A DNA stretch of 55,442 bases, counting the filler, from an uncultured delta proteobacterium (GTDB lineage: Bacteria > Desulfobacterota > Desulfobacteria > Desulfobacterales > SG8-13): NCBI GenBank assembly GCA_963848135.1. It is 3 parts of 3 records of this genome, joined end to end, with 100 filler letters (N's around TTAATTAATTAA, not from the genome) between each part and the next. Parts side by side here need not be neighbours in the genome. Positions count along the whole stretch, not along the records: positions 14,573 to 25,282 come from CAWKCK010000011.1; positions 25,383 to 55,442 come from CAWKCK010000012.1; 1 more part is not named here. One strand, given 5' to 3'. The notes beneath the pieces were generated by a model. The model did no database searches. It saw only the letters and a program-made list of their open reading frames with translations, and was not told the DNA's origin. The translations under genes and the position numbers were made by a program. Below, piece after piece: positions 18,402-29,882 of the stretch (its first letter is position 1; each line of letters opens with the position of its first letter).

Positions 18402-19703
18402 TTAGATATTTTTCTTTTTCATCGTCAAGAGCGCCTCGATCGCCTTGCATGCAACCGCAACGCCGTCTTCCGAACGCACCTTTTGCCCAATCTGGTCTGC
18501 ACGATTGATAGCATCGGCGTCCGCCAGCAATTCGTCAAGCGCACGGGCCATGGCGCGGGCAGAACATCGTTTCAAAGGCAGTGTTTTGGAGATCCCCAAG
18601 CGTTCGAGCCGTCGCGCGTTGTCCGGTTGATCGTGAGCAAATGGAACGACCAGGGTGGGCTTGCCGGCCTGTAACGCCTGTCCCGTTGTACCGATGCCTC
18701 CCTGGTGAACGATCGCGGCGGCCTTTGGAAACAGTTTCGAGTACGGCACGTAATCCACGGCGATCATGTTCGGCGGGAGGCCTTCTACGGGCAGATTCTT
18801 CGTGTCTTTGCCCACAACAAGCACCGCACGCCTTTTCAGCATATCCACCGCTTCTGCTGCCATTTGAAAAAAATTTCCAGCCGTGTATACTGCCACACTG
18901 CCCAACGCGAAAACCACCGGCGGCGGTCCAGAATTTAAAAACTGTTCGAGTTCCGACGGCACATTGTTCTGTTCCACCATTGCATCATGTAAGCCATAGC
19001 CTGTGATGCAAATATTGGGAGGCCAGTCGGGACAGGGTCGGGCCAGGACGCTTGAAAACATGGATAGCCCAAGATGTGGGGAATGTTGGCCTTCGAAAAT
19101 GGGATGTTTCCCCGGCGCAAGTCCCAGATCTTTTCGCAGCCGGCGCACTGGCCGGCACCATCCGAGTGTGACAAGTTTTATAACTTTAATCAAAAGGCGG
19201 TTTGTTGCCGGTTTCAGCCTTCCCTTATAAATTTGAAACGGAAAGCCCTGCAAAACAGGCATGTCGTATGCCGACAAAAAGACGATGGGTGCGAGTACGA
19301 CCGATATCCAGGGCAGACCCCGTATTTCGGCCGCGATATGGCCAGCATAGCTGATCGGGTGGGTGATCAGCACATCGGTGTTTCGAAGAAAAGCGTCCAA
19401 ATCCGAGTAAGTGTCGCGAAGGGACGGAAAAACAATATCCCTTAAGATCACTTCGGTGCCCCGGCGAGGATGCATCGCCCGGCAAAGCAGATCCTTATCA
19501 TCCGGATCTAAGTCCGGTCGGACGGGGTGAAAGGCAATCCCGGCACCACGAACGGCATCTCCATGGTAAGCACTGGTAGCAATTACCGGCCGAAACCCCC
19601 GGATCTGAAGCCCGCGCGCCAGGGCAATAAAAGGGTTCAGATCGCCGAGAGACCCGAAAGTTGTCAATACGATTCGATCGGTATGAGTAGTCGCTTGGCT
19701 CAT
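18402..19703 (-). CDS. Glycosyltransferase family 1 (RhlB/MGT-like)
   Basis: GSLGDLNPF N-terminal motif; HQGGIGTT..PFAHDQPDNA nucleotide-sugar motif. Confidence 0.92.
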   Translation of the reverse strand: MSQATTHTDRIVLTTFGSLGDLNPFIALARGLQIRGFRPVIATSAYHGDAVRGAGIAFHPVRPDLDPDDKDLLCRAMHPRRGTEVILRDIVFPSLRDTYSDLDAFLRNTDVLITHPISYAGHIAAEIRGLPWISVVLAPIVFLSAYDMPVLQGFPFQIYKGRLKPATNRLLIKVIKLVTLGWCRPVRRLRKDLGLAPGKHPIFEGQHSPHLGLSMFSSVLARPCPDWPPNICITGYGLHDAMVEQNNVPSELEQFLNSGPPPVVFALGSVAVYTAGNFFQMAAEAVDMLKRRAVLVVGKDTKNLPVEGLPPNMIAVDYVPYSKLFPKAAAIVHQGGIGTTGQALQAGKPTLVVPFAHDQPDNARRLERLGISKTLPLKRCSARAMARALDELLADADAINRADQIGQKVRSEDGVAVACKAIEALLTMKKKNI

Positions 19704-20000
19704 TTCATATAATTACTTCGAAGACTTTTTCCGCTGATTTCTACAGATCATAGCGAGGTGGCAAATGAAATGATAAGGCACCAGCTTCATCTCTTACGGT
19801 TTAAAAAGGAAGAGAATTATCATATATTAAATATTTTCTATTGACAAACCAACCTATCTTTCCAATTTACGTATCGAATCGAAAGATAATAAATCGAATA
19901 AGTATCGCCTTTGCATTGATCCACGCCCGCCTTTGGGCCAGATCCGGGATAATGAAATCCCCGACGCTTTGTGGAGCAGAACAGGAGTGTTCATCCGACC

Positions 20001-20963
20001 ATGAATCCCCAATCGGAATCAAAATATCGCAAGCAGGCTCAAATGCTGGCCAACCGGGTTAGAAAGCGCTTCAAACACCTGCGCAAGCGTTTCGCACGCC
20101 AGAATATTGAGGTATTCCGACTCTATGACTGGGAAATACCGGAAATCAGGGCGGTCGTCGATTGGTATGCCGGACACCTGGTCATCGGCGAATACACCCG
20201 CAAGCAATCGACGCCCGAGTGGTTGCCGATGATGGGGGCCGCAGTGGCCGAGACCCTCGAGGTCGCTGCGGAAAACGTGCATCTCAAAGAACGGCGCGCA
20301 GGCAAACAGGAAGGCAAGCGCTACGAGCGCATCGACCATACGGATCGCAAAATCGTCGTCAACGAGCGCGATCTTCTCTTTTACGTGAATCCCTGTGACT
20401 ATGTCGACACCGGCCTGTTCTCCGACCACCGCAACACCCGTTTTGTGGTACGGGAGATGGCCGCAGGCAAGGATTTTTTAAACCTATACTGCTACACGGG
20501 CTCGTTTTCCTGCTATGCCGCCAAAGGCGGGGCGCGCTCGACGATATCGGTGGACCGGTCGCAAACGGCCATCGAATGGGCGCGCGAGAACATGGCCCTC
20601 AATGGCATCCCCGCAGAAAGAAACAAACTCTTACAGATGCCCACCGCTCTGTTTCTGCACAAGGCCACCCTGGACAAACAAAGATTCGACCTGGCCGTGG
20701 TGGACCCGCCCTCGTATTCGACAGACCGTGCAGGCAAACAAGATTTCGACATCGTCAAGGACCACCCCGAACTACTTAGAAGGGTGGTGGCAATCATGCG
20801 CAAAGAGGCCACGATTTTTTTTTCGACCAATCACCAGGCGTTCGAAGCACGCATGAATGGGCTGAAAGTCAGTAAAATAGAAGAGATCACAGAACAGACA
20901 ATTCCGGAAGATTACCTGAACAAGCGGAAGCGGATTCATCGGTGCTGGAGAATATATGTGTAA
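20001..20963 (+). CDS. Class I SAM-dependent methyltransferase, RlmK/RlmI-like
   Basis: MLANRVRKR..FRLYD, YVDTGLFSDHR, FLNLYCYTGSFS, VVDPPSY. Confidence 0.9.
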   Translation: MNPQSESKYRKQAQMLANRVRKRFKHLRKRFARQNIEVFRLYDWEIPEIRAVVDWYAGHLVIGEYTRKQSTPEWLPMMGAAVAETLEVAAENVHLKERRAGKQEGKRYERIDHTDRKIVVNERDLLFYVNPCDYVDTGLFSDHRNTRFVVREMAAGKDFLNLYCYTGSFSCYAAKGGARSTISVDRSQTAIEWARENMALNGIPAERNKLLQMPTALFLHKATLDKQRFDLAVVDPPSYSTDRAGKQDFDIVKDHPELLRRVVAIMRKEATIFFSTNHQAFEARMNGLKVSKIEEITEQTIPEDYLNKRKRIHRCWRIYV

Positions 20964-21030
20964 TGCAGCTATTCCTGGTATTTCTTGGAAATTGGATACG
21001 TTTGCAATTTCAAAGCGAGGTTTTTCAATA

Positions 21031-23655
21031 TCACCTCGCGCCTAAAACATCTCGAATGGTCTCAGCCATATCCCTTGTTAACACGGGCTTTGATACAAAC
21101 GCGCGAATACCCATTGCCGCTGCCCGCTGTTGATTGATCCGGGCACTGTAACCGGTGCAAAGTATGACAGGGATATCAGGTTTTATACGAAGAAGTTCTC
21201 TCGCCAACTCGTCACCGGTCATATTCGGCATGGTCATATCGGTGATTACCAGGTCAAAACTATCGGGCTTGGCCTTAAACAGTTCCAAAGCCTCTACACT
21301 ACTGGTCCTGGCTGTAATTTTATACCCCAGAGATTCAAGCATTCGTTTTCCAATTTCGACAAGAGCGGGTTCATCATCTACAAATAGGATTCGTTCTGTC
21401 CCGGTAGGGATATAATCGCCTTCTTGTGGCAGTGCTGTAACAAATCTTTCGACAGTCGGCATATAGACTTTAAAAGAAGATCCTTTAGCCACTTCGCTGG
21501 AAGCGATGATCTTACCGCCATGACTGCCGACGATACCATGAACCACCGAAAGACCCATGCCGGTGCCTTCACCTTTTTGTTTGGTAGTAAAAAACGGGTC
21601 AAAGATTCGATCGAGCATATGTGCCGGTATACCATATCCCGTATCGCTTATTGTCAATTCAATATGCGGGCCAGGTTTCAATTCGGGGTGCTCGACCGTT
21701 ATATCTTTTTCGAATATCTTATCTGTCAGCCTCACCGTTAACACACCGCCTTTTTCCCCCATCGCATGACCGGCATTTGTGCAAAGATTCATTAAGAGTT
21801 GATGTATCTGCGTGGGGTCTGCTATCACCAGCGAATCACTATTTATTTCCTGACGTATTTCAATGGTCGTCGGGAGTGATGCCCTCAGAAATTTAATCAC
21901 CTCTTTACACATGAGTTTTGGTTGAATCGGTTTGCGCTCGCGCTCGGCTTGACGACTGAAGGTGAGAATCTGTTTGACCAAATCTTTTGCCCGCTCTCCC
22001 GCCCGGAATACTTCCTGGAGATTTTGACTGAGGGTTGACTCTTTTTCAGCATCGAGCATGGCCAGTTCGGTGTACCCTATAATAGCTGAAAGAATGTTGT
22101 TGAAATCGTGTGCAATACCGCCTGCAAGGGTGCCAATGGCCTCCATTTTCTGAGATTGTTGAAGTTGCACTTCAAGTTCTTTTTTACCGGTAATATCTTC
22201 TATGATTCCGTCGTAGTATCTAACCTCGCCATTTACGTCCTTGACAGCTACCGCAGAGACCGATCCGATAAACGGTGTGCCATCTTTTTTCTTGAGTTTG
22301 ACTTCATACTTTTTGACCGATCCATAATTTAATATTTTTCTATTAAACTTTTCCCTATCCTCCGGGTATTGATATAAATCGGCCACATTCACTGCTTTGA
22401 ATTCATCTCTGCTCTGATAGCCGAACATTTCCACGATGGCGGGATTGGCTTCGATAAACCGGCCCTGCGGTCCTGTGGTATTGCGGTAAATACCGACATG
22501 CAGATTGTTTGTCAGCGTTTTGTATCTTTCCTCGCTCTGCCGCAAGGCAGCCTCCGCCTGCTTGCGCGCTGTCACATCGAAAAACATGGTGGCCATCATA
22601 CCGGGTCCGGTCTGGAAGGCATGAACTTCGAATGCGCCCTTTATCTGCCCATGCGCGTATTCAATTTGGTCATTTCGATAATGGGTGCCATCGGTGCATA
22701 CCTGGCAATAACGATCTGGAATCTCCGTTTCTTGCAAAGGCGGAAAGGCCTCTTCGATGGTTTTTCCAACAAATTGCAAATTATCTATTCCGAGGATTGA
22801 ATCCGCCGACGGATTGGAACCCGTGAATACAAGCCGACCATCAGCCTCCAATTTATACATATGCATTCCCATGGGTGACGCTTCGACAATTTTACGAAAA
22901 TTGGCCTCGGATTTACGAAGAGCCTTTTCGGCGGATTTCCGCTGCTGGTAAAGATCATCGAGTTCCCATTTCACGAGCTTTAAGGCCTCAAAAACGAGGT
23001 GGAAAGGATGAGCCGGGTCTTTCTCTTCTATTTGACTGATTCCGTCGATTTCCCAGTTGATTTGCTCGATATAGCCAAGCAACTCCTCGGCATATTCCTG
23101 GATCTGTCTCGATCCCGAATTTTCTCCAGTTATGTTTTTTATTGGCAACAAATTAGCTGGCAGAATACGCCTGGAATCTTCTTCGACAATGAACTTCATG
23201 GCTTTATCTAAATCACTTGTGACGCGAACCTTGAATGGTACGAAGGGTTTCGCCAGATTGATCGCTGCGGTTAACAGCCTGTTGGAACCATAAAAAATTA
23301 TTGATTTGAAAGGATATTTCTCAAAGTACCTCAATATAGCGTTAACGTAACTTTTACGGGCCTTCTGGCTAGCGCTGGTGGTCCCGGCTAGTCCCAGAAC
23401 GAAATAGTACGGAACCGAATCCAGGCCCGTTGATCGGATTATGGTTTCCTGCAATTCGACCGCCGGATCGATAAAACGTTCTTTAACCTTTCCTTCGATG
23501 ACCCCATGCAGAACATTCCCATTAAGCACTTCAAAATGTAACAAAAAATTATCAGCCTGAAATTGCCAATCAGGGTTTTTCAGTACTGCCAGTGCCTGCC
23601 CTTGACTCTTAGATAAATTTATTGAACTGCTATCGATTTTTCCCATTAAATTCAA
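21031..23655 (-). CDS. Hybrid sensor histidine kinase (STAS/SEC14-like N-domain, 2 PAS, HisKA, HATPase, receiver)
   Basis: [10 protein letters not shown]-box, NLCTNA, DTGYG, PFFTTK, GTGMGL; ILFVDDE/DMTMP/KP receiver. Start may be ATG 23646. Confidence 0.95.
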   Translation of the reverse strand: MNLMGKIDSSSINLSKSQGQALAVLKNPDWQFQADNFLLHFEVLNGNVLHGVIEGKVKERFIDPAVELQETIIRSTGLDSVPYYFVLGLAGTTSASQKARKSYVNAILRYFEKYPFKSIIFYGSNRLLTAAINLAKPFVPFKVRVTSDLDKAMKFIVEEDSRRILPANLLPIKNITGENSGSRQIQEYAEELLGYIEQINWEIDGISQIEEKDPAHPFHLVFEALKLVKWELDDLYQQRKSAEKALRKSEANFRKIVEASPMGMHMYKLEADGRLVFTGSNPSADSILGIDNLQFVGKTIEEAFPPLQETEIPDRYCQVCTDGTHYRNDQIEYAHGQIKGAFEVHAFQTGPGMMATMFFDVTARKQAEAALRQSEERYKTLTNNLHVGIYRNTTGPQGRFIEANPAIVEMFGYQSRDEFKAVNVADLYQYPEDREKFNRKILNYGSVKKYEVKLKKKDGTPFIGSVSAVAVKDVNGEVRYYDGIIEDITGKKELEVQLQQSQKMEAIGTLAGGIAHDFNNILSAIIGYTELAMLDAEKESTLSQNLQEVFRAGERAKDLVKQILTFSRQAERERKPIQPKLMCKEVIKFLRASLPTTIEIRQEINSDSLVIADPTQIHQLLMNLCTNAGHAMGEKGGVLTVRLTDKIFEKDITVEHPELKPGPHIELTISDTGYGIPAHMLDRIFDPFFTTKQKGEGTGMGLSVVHGIVGSHGGKIIASSEVAKGSSFKVYMPTVERFVTALPQEGDYIPTGTERILFVDDEPALVEIGKRMLESLGYKITARTSSVEALELFKAKPDSFDLVITDMTMPNMTGDELARELLRIKPDIPVILCTGYSARINQQRAAAMGIRAFVSKPVLTRDMAETIRDVLGAR

Positions 23656-24161
23656 GATGGTATGCCTCTTTTATCATTATCGTGGTATAGATGCATCGAG
23701 TGGATATATTATCGGCGTTATTCGTAATAACTTTATAAAATGGAAAATCCCAGAATGAATTCTGCCGAATTACGCCCGAAATCGATACAATGCCGCCACA
23801 CCGTATTGGCACCCATTGACAGTAATCTCGAAGGAAGCGTTCTTTATCTACCTCAGATCCGGGTTCGCTGCGCAACCAGATGCCGCATTGAAGCCGCCCG
23901 GAAAGTATTTCCCTCTGATGAGAGTTGGTCATGGCGGGTGCTGATGGAAGCAAACACTAACGCCGATACAAGGCTGGCGGCGCGGATTCGAATCGTTGTT
24001 ACGCAAAGGAGACGGCCGGTGGATCCGACGACGGGCAGAGGCCCGATTCGGTTCAAACTGCTCGAAATCGACGGAACATTGATGAAAAATATTTTATGCG
24101 GGTGTTGTTCTGCAATTCAATGGAGATCATCTCCACCAAGAGAACGCCTGTTCGAAGGGAT

Positions 24162-25139
24162 TTAAAGTCGATCGAGGTTGGACGGCAACCAGTAAAAAGA
24201 GATACAGTCGTCCAGAACGTCTGGGATACCGTCATGGATGGTTGGAAATTTAGGTTTCAAGCCGGTCGCCTGCTTCATCGTCCCGGGTACGACCGGCAGA
24301 CGCAGATTCCAGCAGGATACTGCCCCACTCGGATACGGATTCGGGCGACCGGTCAATCCATAAAAGATATCCAGTACGAGCGTTCCCAGGTGAGACAGCT
24401 TTTGGGGAATATGCATCACGCGAAGTCTCGGGTAGTAGGTTTTGAGAGAGTCGAAATAATCATTCCACGTGCAGGAGAGTTCATCGGCGACCACCCAAGT
24501 ACCCGGTCGACGGTTTTTAGCGGCTTGAATCAAAGCGCGGGCGGCATCGAACACATGGATATGCGCGAACGGGTTTTCACCACGCCCCGGGAAGAAGACC
24601 CTGCCGTGCCGAACTTGGTCGAAAAGCAGGCTGTGAGCCCCGTAAACATGCGGAAGACGTAAGGAAACAAAGCAGACATCATTCTCTCGAGCCATCTTCT
24701 CAAGACGTTGTTCCGCCCGTAACTTGGCCTGCCCGTAACCAGACATTGGTGACGGCTGGGAGTTTTGATCCAGAGGATTGTCAGTATCACCGTAGACCAA
24801 CAAACTACCACCAAAAACAAAATTGGAAACTCGCGCTTCGATTGCCGCCTGCATGAGATTTGTCGATCCGATGACAATGGAGGGATACAATCGTGGGTAA
24901 GGTTCGAAGGCCGCACGGGCACCGAGATGAATAACGGTATCGATGCCCTCAAGGATACGGCGCAGACTCTTGGGGCTGCGTATGTCGGCCTGCATAATTT
25001 CGGCATCCAAATTCCTCAGCATGAGACCACGCACAGGCCGCCTGACCATCAGCCTGGGACGCTTGCCACGTTCAGCGAGCTGCCGCGATACCTCAATGCC
25101 GATGAATCCGGTGGCGCCTGTAACCAAAACATTATCCAT
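24162..25139 (-). CDS. NAD-dependent epimerase/dehydratase
   Basis: VLVTGATGFIG Rossmann motif, YGQAK catalytic motif. Confidence 0.92.
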   Translation of the reverse strand: MDNVLVTGATGFIGIEVSRQLAERGKRPRLMVRRPVRGLMLRNLDAEIMQADIRSPKSLRRILEGIDTVIHLGARAAFEPYPRLYPSIVIGSTNLMQAAIEARVSNFVFGGSLLVYGDTDNPLDQNSQPSPMSGYGQAKLRAEQRLEKMARENDVCFVSLRLPHVYGAHSLLFDQVRHGRVFFPGRGENPFAHIHVFDAARALIQAAKNRRPGTWVVADELSCTWNDYFDSLKTYYPRLRVMHIPQKLSHLGTLVLDIFYGLTGRPNPYPSGAVSCWNLRLPVVPGTMKQATGLKPKFPTIHDGIPDVLDDCISFYWLPSNLDRL

Positions 25140-25156
25140 GATCAATGCTGAGAGCC

Positions 25157-25282
25157 TTAGATTCCTATAGAGAATAACCTTGCCAACCAAAGGGTGATCG
25201 CTGAAGTGAATCCGGTCAATAATGTTCCCCAAACAATATCGATGACTGTAATGAAAATCGACCAGTTCCGTATGAGCGCAAG
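25157..25282 (-). CDS. DUF2177-like membrane protein, 3' fragment at contig end (not in ORF track)
   Basis: LALIRNWSIFITVIDIVWGTLLTG resembles the DUF2177 C-terminal W...D..WG motif. Confidence 0.7.
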   Translation of the reverse strand, partial: LALIRNWSIFITVIDIVWGTLLTGFTSAITLWLARLFSIGI

Positions 25283-25382
25283 NNNNNNNNNNNNNNNNNN
25301 NNNNNNNNNNNNNNNNNNNNNNNNNNTTAATTAATTAANNNNNNNNNNNNNNNNNNNNNNNNNNNNNNNNNNNNNNNNNNNN
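25283..25382. other. Artificial contig linker
   Basis: N44-TTAATTAATTAA-N44. Confidence 0.97.
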
Positions 25383-26570
25383 CTGGTAAGCGCCAATAGA
25401 AAACAAAACCGGTAATAAGATAAATCCTGCGATAGCGGCCCCACTGGTGACCGCGCCTTTTAAATAGGTGACCACCACCGCGCAACCCATGGACAAGATA
25501 AATAGGATGGTAACCGTTACCCAGGGGGGCGATTGGCGCATGAAATCGCCGGATAAGTAGTTATCGAGAAAGGTGGCATAAAATTCGACTCCCGGGAAAA
25601 CACCGGAGAGGGGTGAGGGGCGCAAATCGTAGAGGCCAGGGGCCGAAAACCCAAAAAATACATATTTATTTTTAAAGGCATCCGGGTCTTGGATATTGGG
25701 TTGCTCGCCGTTTAGAATTTGAATCTCAGATTGAAGTACGGCGGCGGCACTGTAATTCTTGTGTGTTCCCGATGGCCCCCGATAGCGTAAAATCGTAAAT
25801 CCGTTGGCATCTACCGGAATTTTTTGTTTGCCGACGACCAGGTTGTTCGGACGGGTTGTTAACCTCGTTTCCGGGTTAGCCGCCAGGTATAGCCCCAGCC
25901 CCAGTGACGGTAGGGCTTGGCCGTCGAAGATACGGAAAAGATCAACTTTTCTGAAAATACCGTCTGGGTCCGGGTGGAGGCTGACATTGGAAAGGACAGT
26001 GGCCTTTTGAGCCAGTTCTTCAATGGGAAGCGATGATCTGGCATATGTTCCGATCATTCCGGCTGGGCTGTCTTGCCATTGTTCCAAGCCGACGATCTGG
26101 ATGACCGGCCGAGGCACAGTCCGTGGCCAGTGTGAATCGATGCCGCTGCTGTTACTCAAGAATGTCGCTAAAGTTACATGACCAAAATCAGATATAGCCT
26201 GGGCAAAGGCCGCATCGTCTTCGACCCCATATTTGGAAGGGTCAGTGAAAAGAACGTCAAATGCAACGGCCTTTGCACCGCTTCTTTGGCAGTAATTTAA
26301 AATGGCCGCGTACATTTCCCTGGGCCAGGGCCAGGTCAAGCCATTGACTTCTTTTCCCCAGTCGAGGCTTTTCTGATCCAGCAGAATCAAACGAATTTCA
26401 TCGCTGGCCTTTCCCGGTTTTGCCATGAGAGCGACGCGCCAATCCCAGGATTGGGCTTCCCAGCCATCGATCAGGCCGAAGGCCCAAAGCGGCAGTGCCA
26501 GGACCACCCCAATGAAACCTGCCAACAAACCTCGGGTTAATTTATTGCTGACGACCGATCGTTTGGCCAT
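25383..26570 (-). CDS. CHASE2 domain sensor, probably adenylate/guanylate cyclase; truncated by contig end
   Basis: TWPWPRE, AVAFDVLF, DPDGIFR, DLRPSP..PGVE motifs then TM helices; output domain is not in the window. Confidence 0.88.
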
Positions 26571-26598
26571 GGATTATCCTGCACAAACATCATCTGAG

Positions 26599-26690
26599 AA
26601 CCCAGCTCTGCTGATGAGGCTCCCACGTTTTGACAGTTCCAGGAGTATACAAATACCTGAGACGATGATGATTTTATAAGTTCAATGGAC
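26599..26690 (+). repeat. Dispersed repeat family E, copy 1
   Basis: ctcccacgttttgacagttccagg...gacgatgat aligns with 35281-35372. Confidence 0.6.
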
Positions 26691-26807
26691 GGTTATTTGC
26701 CCGAATTATGGTATTAAAAACCGCTTTGAGCGGATTACATGCCATTTCCGGCCTTGCCGGAGGTCATTGAATCGTGAATTTCTATCGGCAAATCGTCAGA
26801 AACCGGA

Positions 26808-27752
26808 CTATATACTCTTCAGTGCACTTTCGAATCTGATTTGCCGTGCCTTGGGTGATTTAATATCCGAATATGCCGCCGTTTGTTTCTGGATTTCAGA
26901 CAAGCGATTTTCGGGCGACGGGTGTGTTTTCGCGAAATCTTGGCGGCCCGGTTTTAATTGGGTTTTCATTTGATTGAGCATGACGACAAGGCCTTTGGGG
27001 TTATATCCTGTTCGCTGTAAGATACTTAATGCGGCCAAGTCCGCCTGATATTCCAAGGATCGTGAGTAGCCGGTAACGATAAGGGTTTTGGTGATATCAG
27101 AAATCGATTCTTCGAATGTATCCGTTAATTTTGATAGGTCTTCATGACCGTAAGTTTTAGCGCCTGTTATGGCTATAGAAGTGAGGGCAGTGGTTAAACG
27201 GGATTGCTTGATGGCACGCAAACCATCTTTGTGCTCTACATGGCCGATCTCGTGTGCCAGTACCGACGCCACGGCATCCTCGTTCGGGCAGCATCTCAAA
27301 AGCCCTCTGGTAAGAAAAATAAGTCCCCCAGGGGCTGCGTATGCATTTATATCATCTGAATCAAGTATCAAAAAGTGGTAACCGCCAAAGGTTTCAGGAC
27401 GGTCAGATGCCTGTGCCAGCATTTGTCCCATTACGTTGATATAATCATTGGCTTTCATGTTCGTGTAAGGCCGATACTTTTGGAGGATTTCAGCACCTAC
27501 CGTTCGACCGATATAGTATTCCTGTTCCGGGGTAATATCCTCGAAAGAGTGCGCAACCAGTTTTGCATTTTCGGCAATGGTTTTTGTATCTATATTTACG
27601 TCGCCGATTTGAATGGATGGAACCGTTTTCGACAGGCTGTCGATCGTCTTGCACCCAGCCATATAAGCAGATAGTAACGGCGCAATCCCAAAGCTCCAAA
27701 ATCCCCATTTACACGTCAGCCGTAAAAATTGACGTCTGCTCGAGCGATTCAT
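26808..27752 (-). CDS. M48 family metalloprotease, predicted Tat lipoprotein
   Basis: SRRQFL twin-arginine signal, MAGC lipobox, INAYAAPGG, HEIGH, EYQAD, THP. Confidence 0.92.
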   Translation of the reverse strand: MNRSSRRQFLRLTCKWGFWSFGIAPLLSAYMAGCKTIDSLSKTVPSIQIGDVNIDTKTIAENAKLVAHSFEDITPEQEYYIGRTVGAEILQKYRPYTNMKANDYINVMGQMLAQASDRPETFGGYHFLILDSDDINAYAAPGGLIFLTRGLLRCCPNEDAVASVLAHEIGHVEHKDGLRAIKQSRLTTALTSIAITGAKTYGHEDLSKLTDTFEESISDITKTLIVTGYSRSLEYQADLAALSILQRTGYNPKGLVVMLNQMKTQLKPGRQDFAKTHPSPENRLSEIQKQTAAYSDIKSPKARQIRFESALKSI

Positions 27753-28246
27753 TATTCTTCTCCTTTGGGCGTTAATTGTCCCTCTTTAATGAAGGCCATA
27801 ATCTGATTCTGGGAAATGGTGATCTTCTCCATTTTGTTAACCCATGTAAAATCGATTTGCGGGTTTCTGGATTTGAAATCATTCTCGACTTGTTGGTTAA
27901 AACCTTTGCCTGCGAGAGTGATTTCATCGCTGGAAGCGGCCTGCTGCACATCCGATGCTCCTGGTTTGAGAATAATTTTGTTGGTTGAAAGCGCCGAAGA
28001 GTGCATCCAGCCGTCAGTGCTTTTCTCAGGCTTATTTATAAGGTACCAAGCACCTTTAGAGGCTTGCACCGTAACCCGCTCACCATAGGGAAGCTGGGTC
28101 ACAATTTTCCCCAGAAAAGAGGGACTGGAACGCACGACACCGTCTCTAACCTGTATGCTCATCATTTTTTGCTCGATGGCGTATACCGTTAATCCCGTCA
28201 GGGCTAAAAGGAGTGATGTGAAAAAGATTGTTTTTAATTTTGACAT
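27752..28246 (-). CDS. Secreted bacterial SH3 domain protein
   Basis: Signal peptide; VRSSPS..L.YGERV..GWMHSSAL; C-terminal LAGKGFN; stop overlaps the M48 start. Confidence 0.88.
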   Translation of the reverse strand: MSKLKTIFFTSLLLALTGLTVYAIEQKMMSIQVRDGVVRSSPSFLGKIVTQLPYGERVTVQASKGAWYLINKPEKSTDGWMHSSALSTNKIILKPGASDVQQAASSDEITLAGKGFNQQVENDFKSRNPQIDFTWVNKMEKITISQNQIMAFIKEGQLTPKGEE

Positions 28247-28275
28247 GGCACAGATCTCCCTTCTCATGCCTAAAT

Positions 28276-28306
28276 TTCCCGTTTCGGTTTTTAATCGAAA
28301 CGGGAA
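28276..28306. terminator. Intergenic stem-loop
   Basis: ttcccgtttcggtt-ttt-aatcgaaacgggaa; weak U tail. Confidence 0.35.
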
Positions 28307-28385
28307 TTGTTTTCGCTATTGAGGGGTTTAATACGTGGAACCTCCAAAGATTATTTGCCTTTGAATATCTCGTGTTATTTTCGGG

Positions 28386-29856
28386 TTAGATGCCGAAAAA
28401 AGATTTGATCTTGTAAATAAGTTTTAATTGGATGGCTGAGTGGCCCTGTATTTTACTGGCCTCCGTGGATAGGTCCTGTTGTCTCTGGGCCATAATCGCC
28501 CCGATCTGTTCGGGGATGTCCGGATTGGAAGCAATAATCTCCGAAAACAACGTTTTGTCTACTCGAATAACTGTTGCATACTCCAAGGCTTTTACTGTTG
28601 CACTGCGGGTTTCGCCGGTTAAAAGGCTCATTTCACCAAAAAAATCCCCCTTGTTGATTTCGGCCATCTTTTTGGCCGCTTGGTCGTCCCTCTCCAGGAG
28701 GACTTCACAAGCGCCATCGAGAATAATATAGAGCGAGCTTCCGGCGTCGCCCGTGCGTACGATAATTTCCCCGGAACCGTAGTCTTGTATGGTGGCTTCA
28801 TGAGCAATTTTCTTCCGATCCTCATCCGACAATGGTGTCAGCAACGGCACATTCTCCAACAAAGCCATTATCTGCATCGAAAGGGTTTTGCGATCCTTTT
28901 TCTTTTGACGTCTTTCAATATGCGCATGCTGGACATCGCGGATGGGGAAAGGAATGTTAATCCCCTGGCGCTTCAGGGCATACCACAGTTGGTTGTTAAT
29001 GTCGGCCTTGATCTGAGGGTCATTGGTATAGTTGTTATGCCAGAAACGGATTTCGTAATTGATGGAAAAATCATCGAAACTTATCAGTCTCACCTGGGGT
29101 CGTGGTTTACTCAAGAGTTTTGGATGCTGATGCACCACATCGAGAATCACCTTTCTACTTTGTTGGGTGGCGCGCCGTACTCCAAGCCGATGTTAAACCG
29201 GCAAATCACCCGGCGATCCGGTTTGGAAAAATTAATGCAAGGATGCCATTGGACAGTTCATTGTTGGGCAGATAAATCAATACATTATTTCGGGTGATGA
29301 TGCGGGTCGATTTCCAGGTGATCCCGACCACTCGACCGGTATGAGAACCATAGGTAATCCAATCGCCGATGCTGAAGGGATGCTCCATCTGCAAAACCAA
29401 ACCGGAGAAGAAATTCCCGAGAGTGGTTTGGGCGGCCAGGCCGATGACGACCGTCAAGGCGGCAGACGTGGTAATCAATCCGGCCAGGTTGACATCACCC
29501 CTGGTTCTCAACACAATGAAAAATAGAATCGCATAACAAATCAGGAGAATAAAGTCGCGGGTGATATTGGGTATTTCGGTCTGTTTCCAGTATTTAAGGG
29601 GTAATTCGACAAATATGGCAAAGGACAGTCGAATTATGGCCCATGACAATACAATGGAAGATGCGACATCGATCCATTTCCCATACTCAGCAATAATGGG
29701 CAGATGCCCAATGAAATAATGGATCGCACCAAGGGCGAAGTAAGCGATGAGAAAACCGAATGGAAGAGACGGTATTTTGTCTGAACGACTCGCTAACAGC
29801 AAGTACAAGGAGAGCAAGAAAGCTCCACTGATCATTAGTAATCCAGCACTGTTCAT
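28386..29856 (-). pseudogene. MscS channel with C-terminal cyclic-nucleotide-binding domain, split by two frameshifts
   Basis: GLAAQTTLGNFFSG..PFSIGDWI (MscS) and FFGEMSLLTGETRSATV (cNMP); linker INFSKPDRRV..GLEYGAPPNKV is in a third frame; shifts at ~29237 and ~29153. Confidence 0.85.
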
Positions 29857-29882
29857 GATCTCCCTTTCGGCTAATGGTGATC

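Noticed and set aside
23910..23955. CTGATGAG as a hammerhead ribozyme core (also 26611)
   Set aside because: No stem II closed by CGAAA and no flanking stems.
23740..24165. 141-aa plus-strand ORF between kinase and epimerase
   Set aside because: No RBS or motif; Arg-rich composition typical of spurious ORFs.
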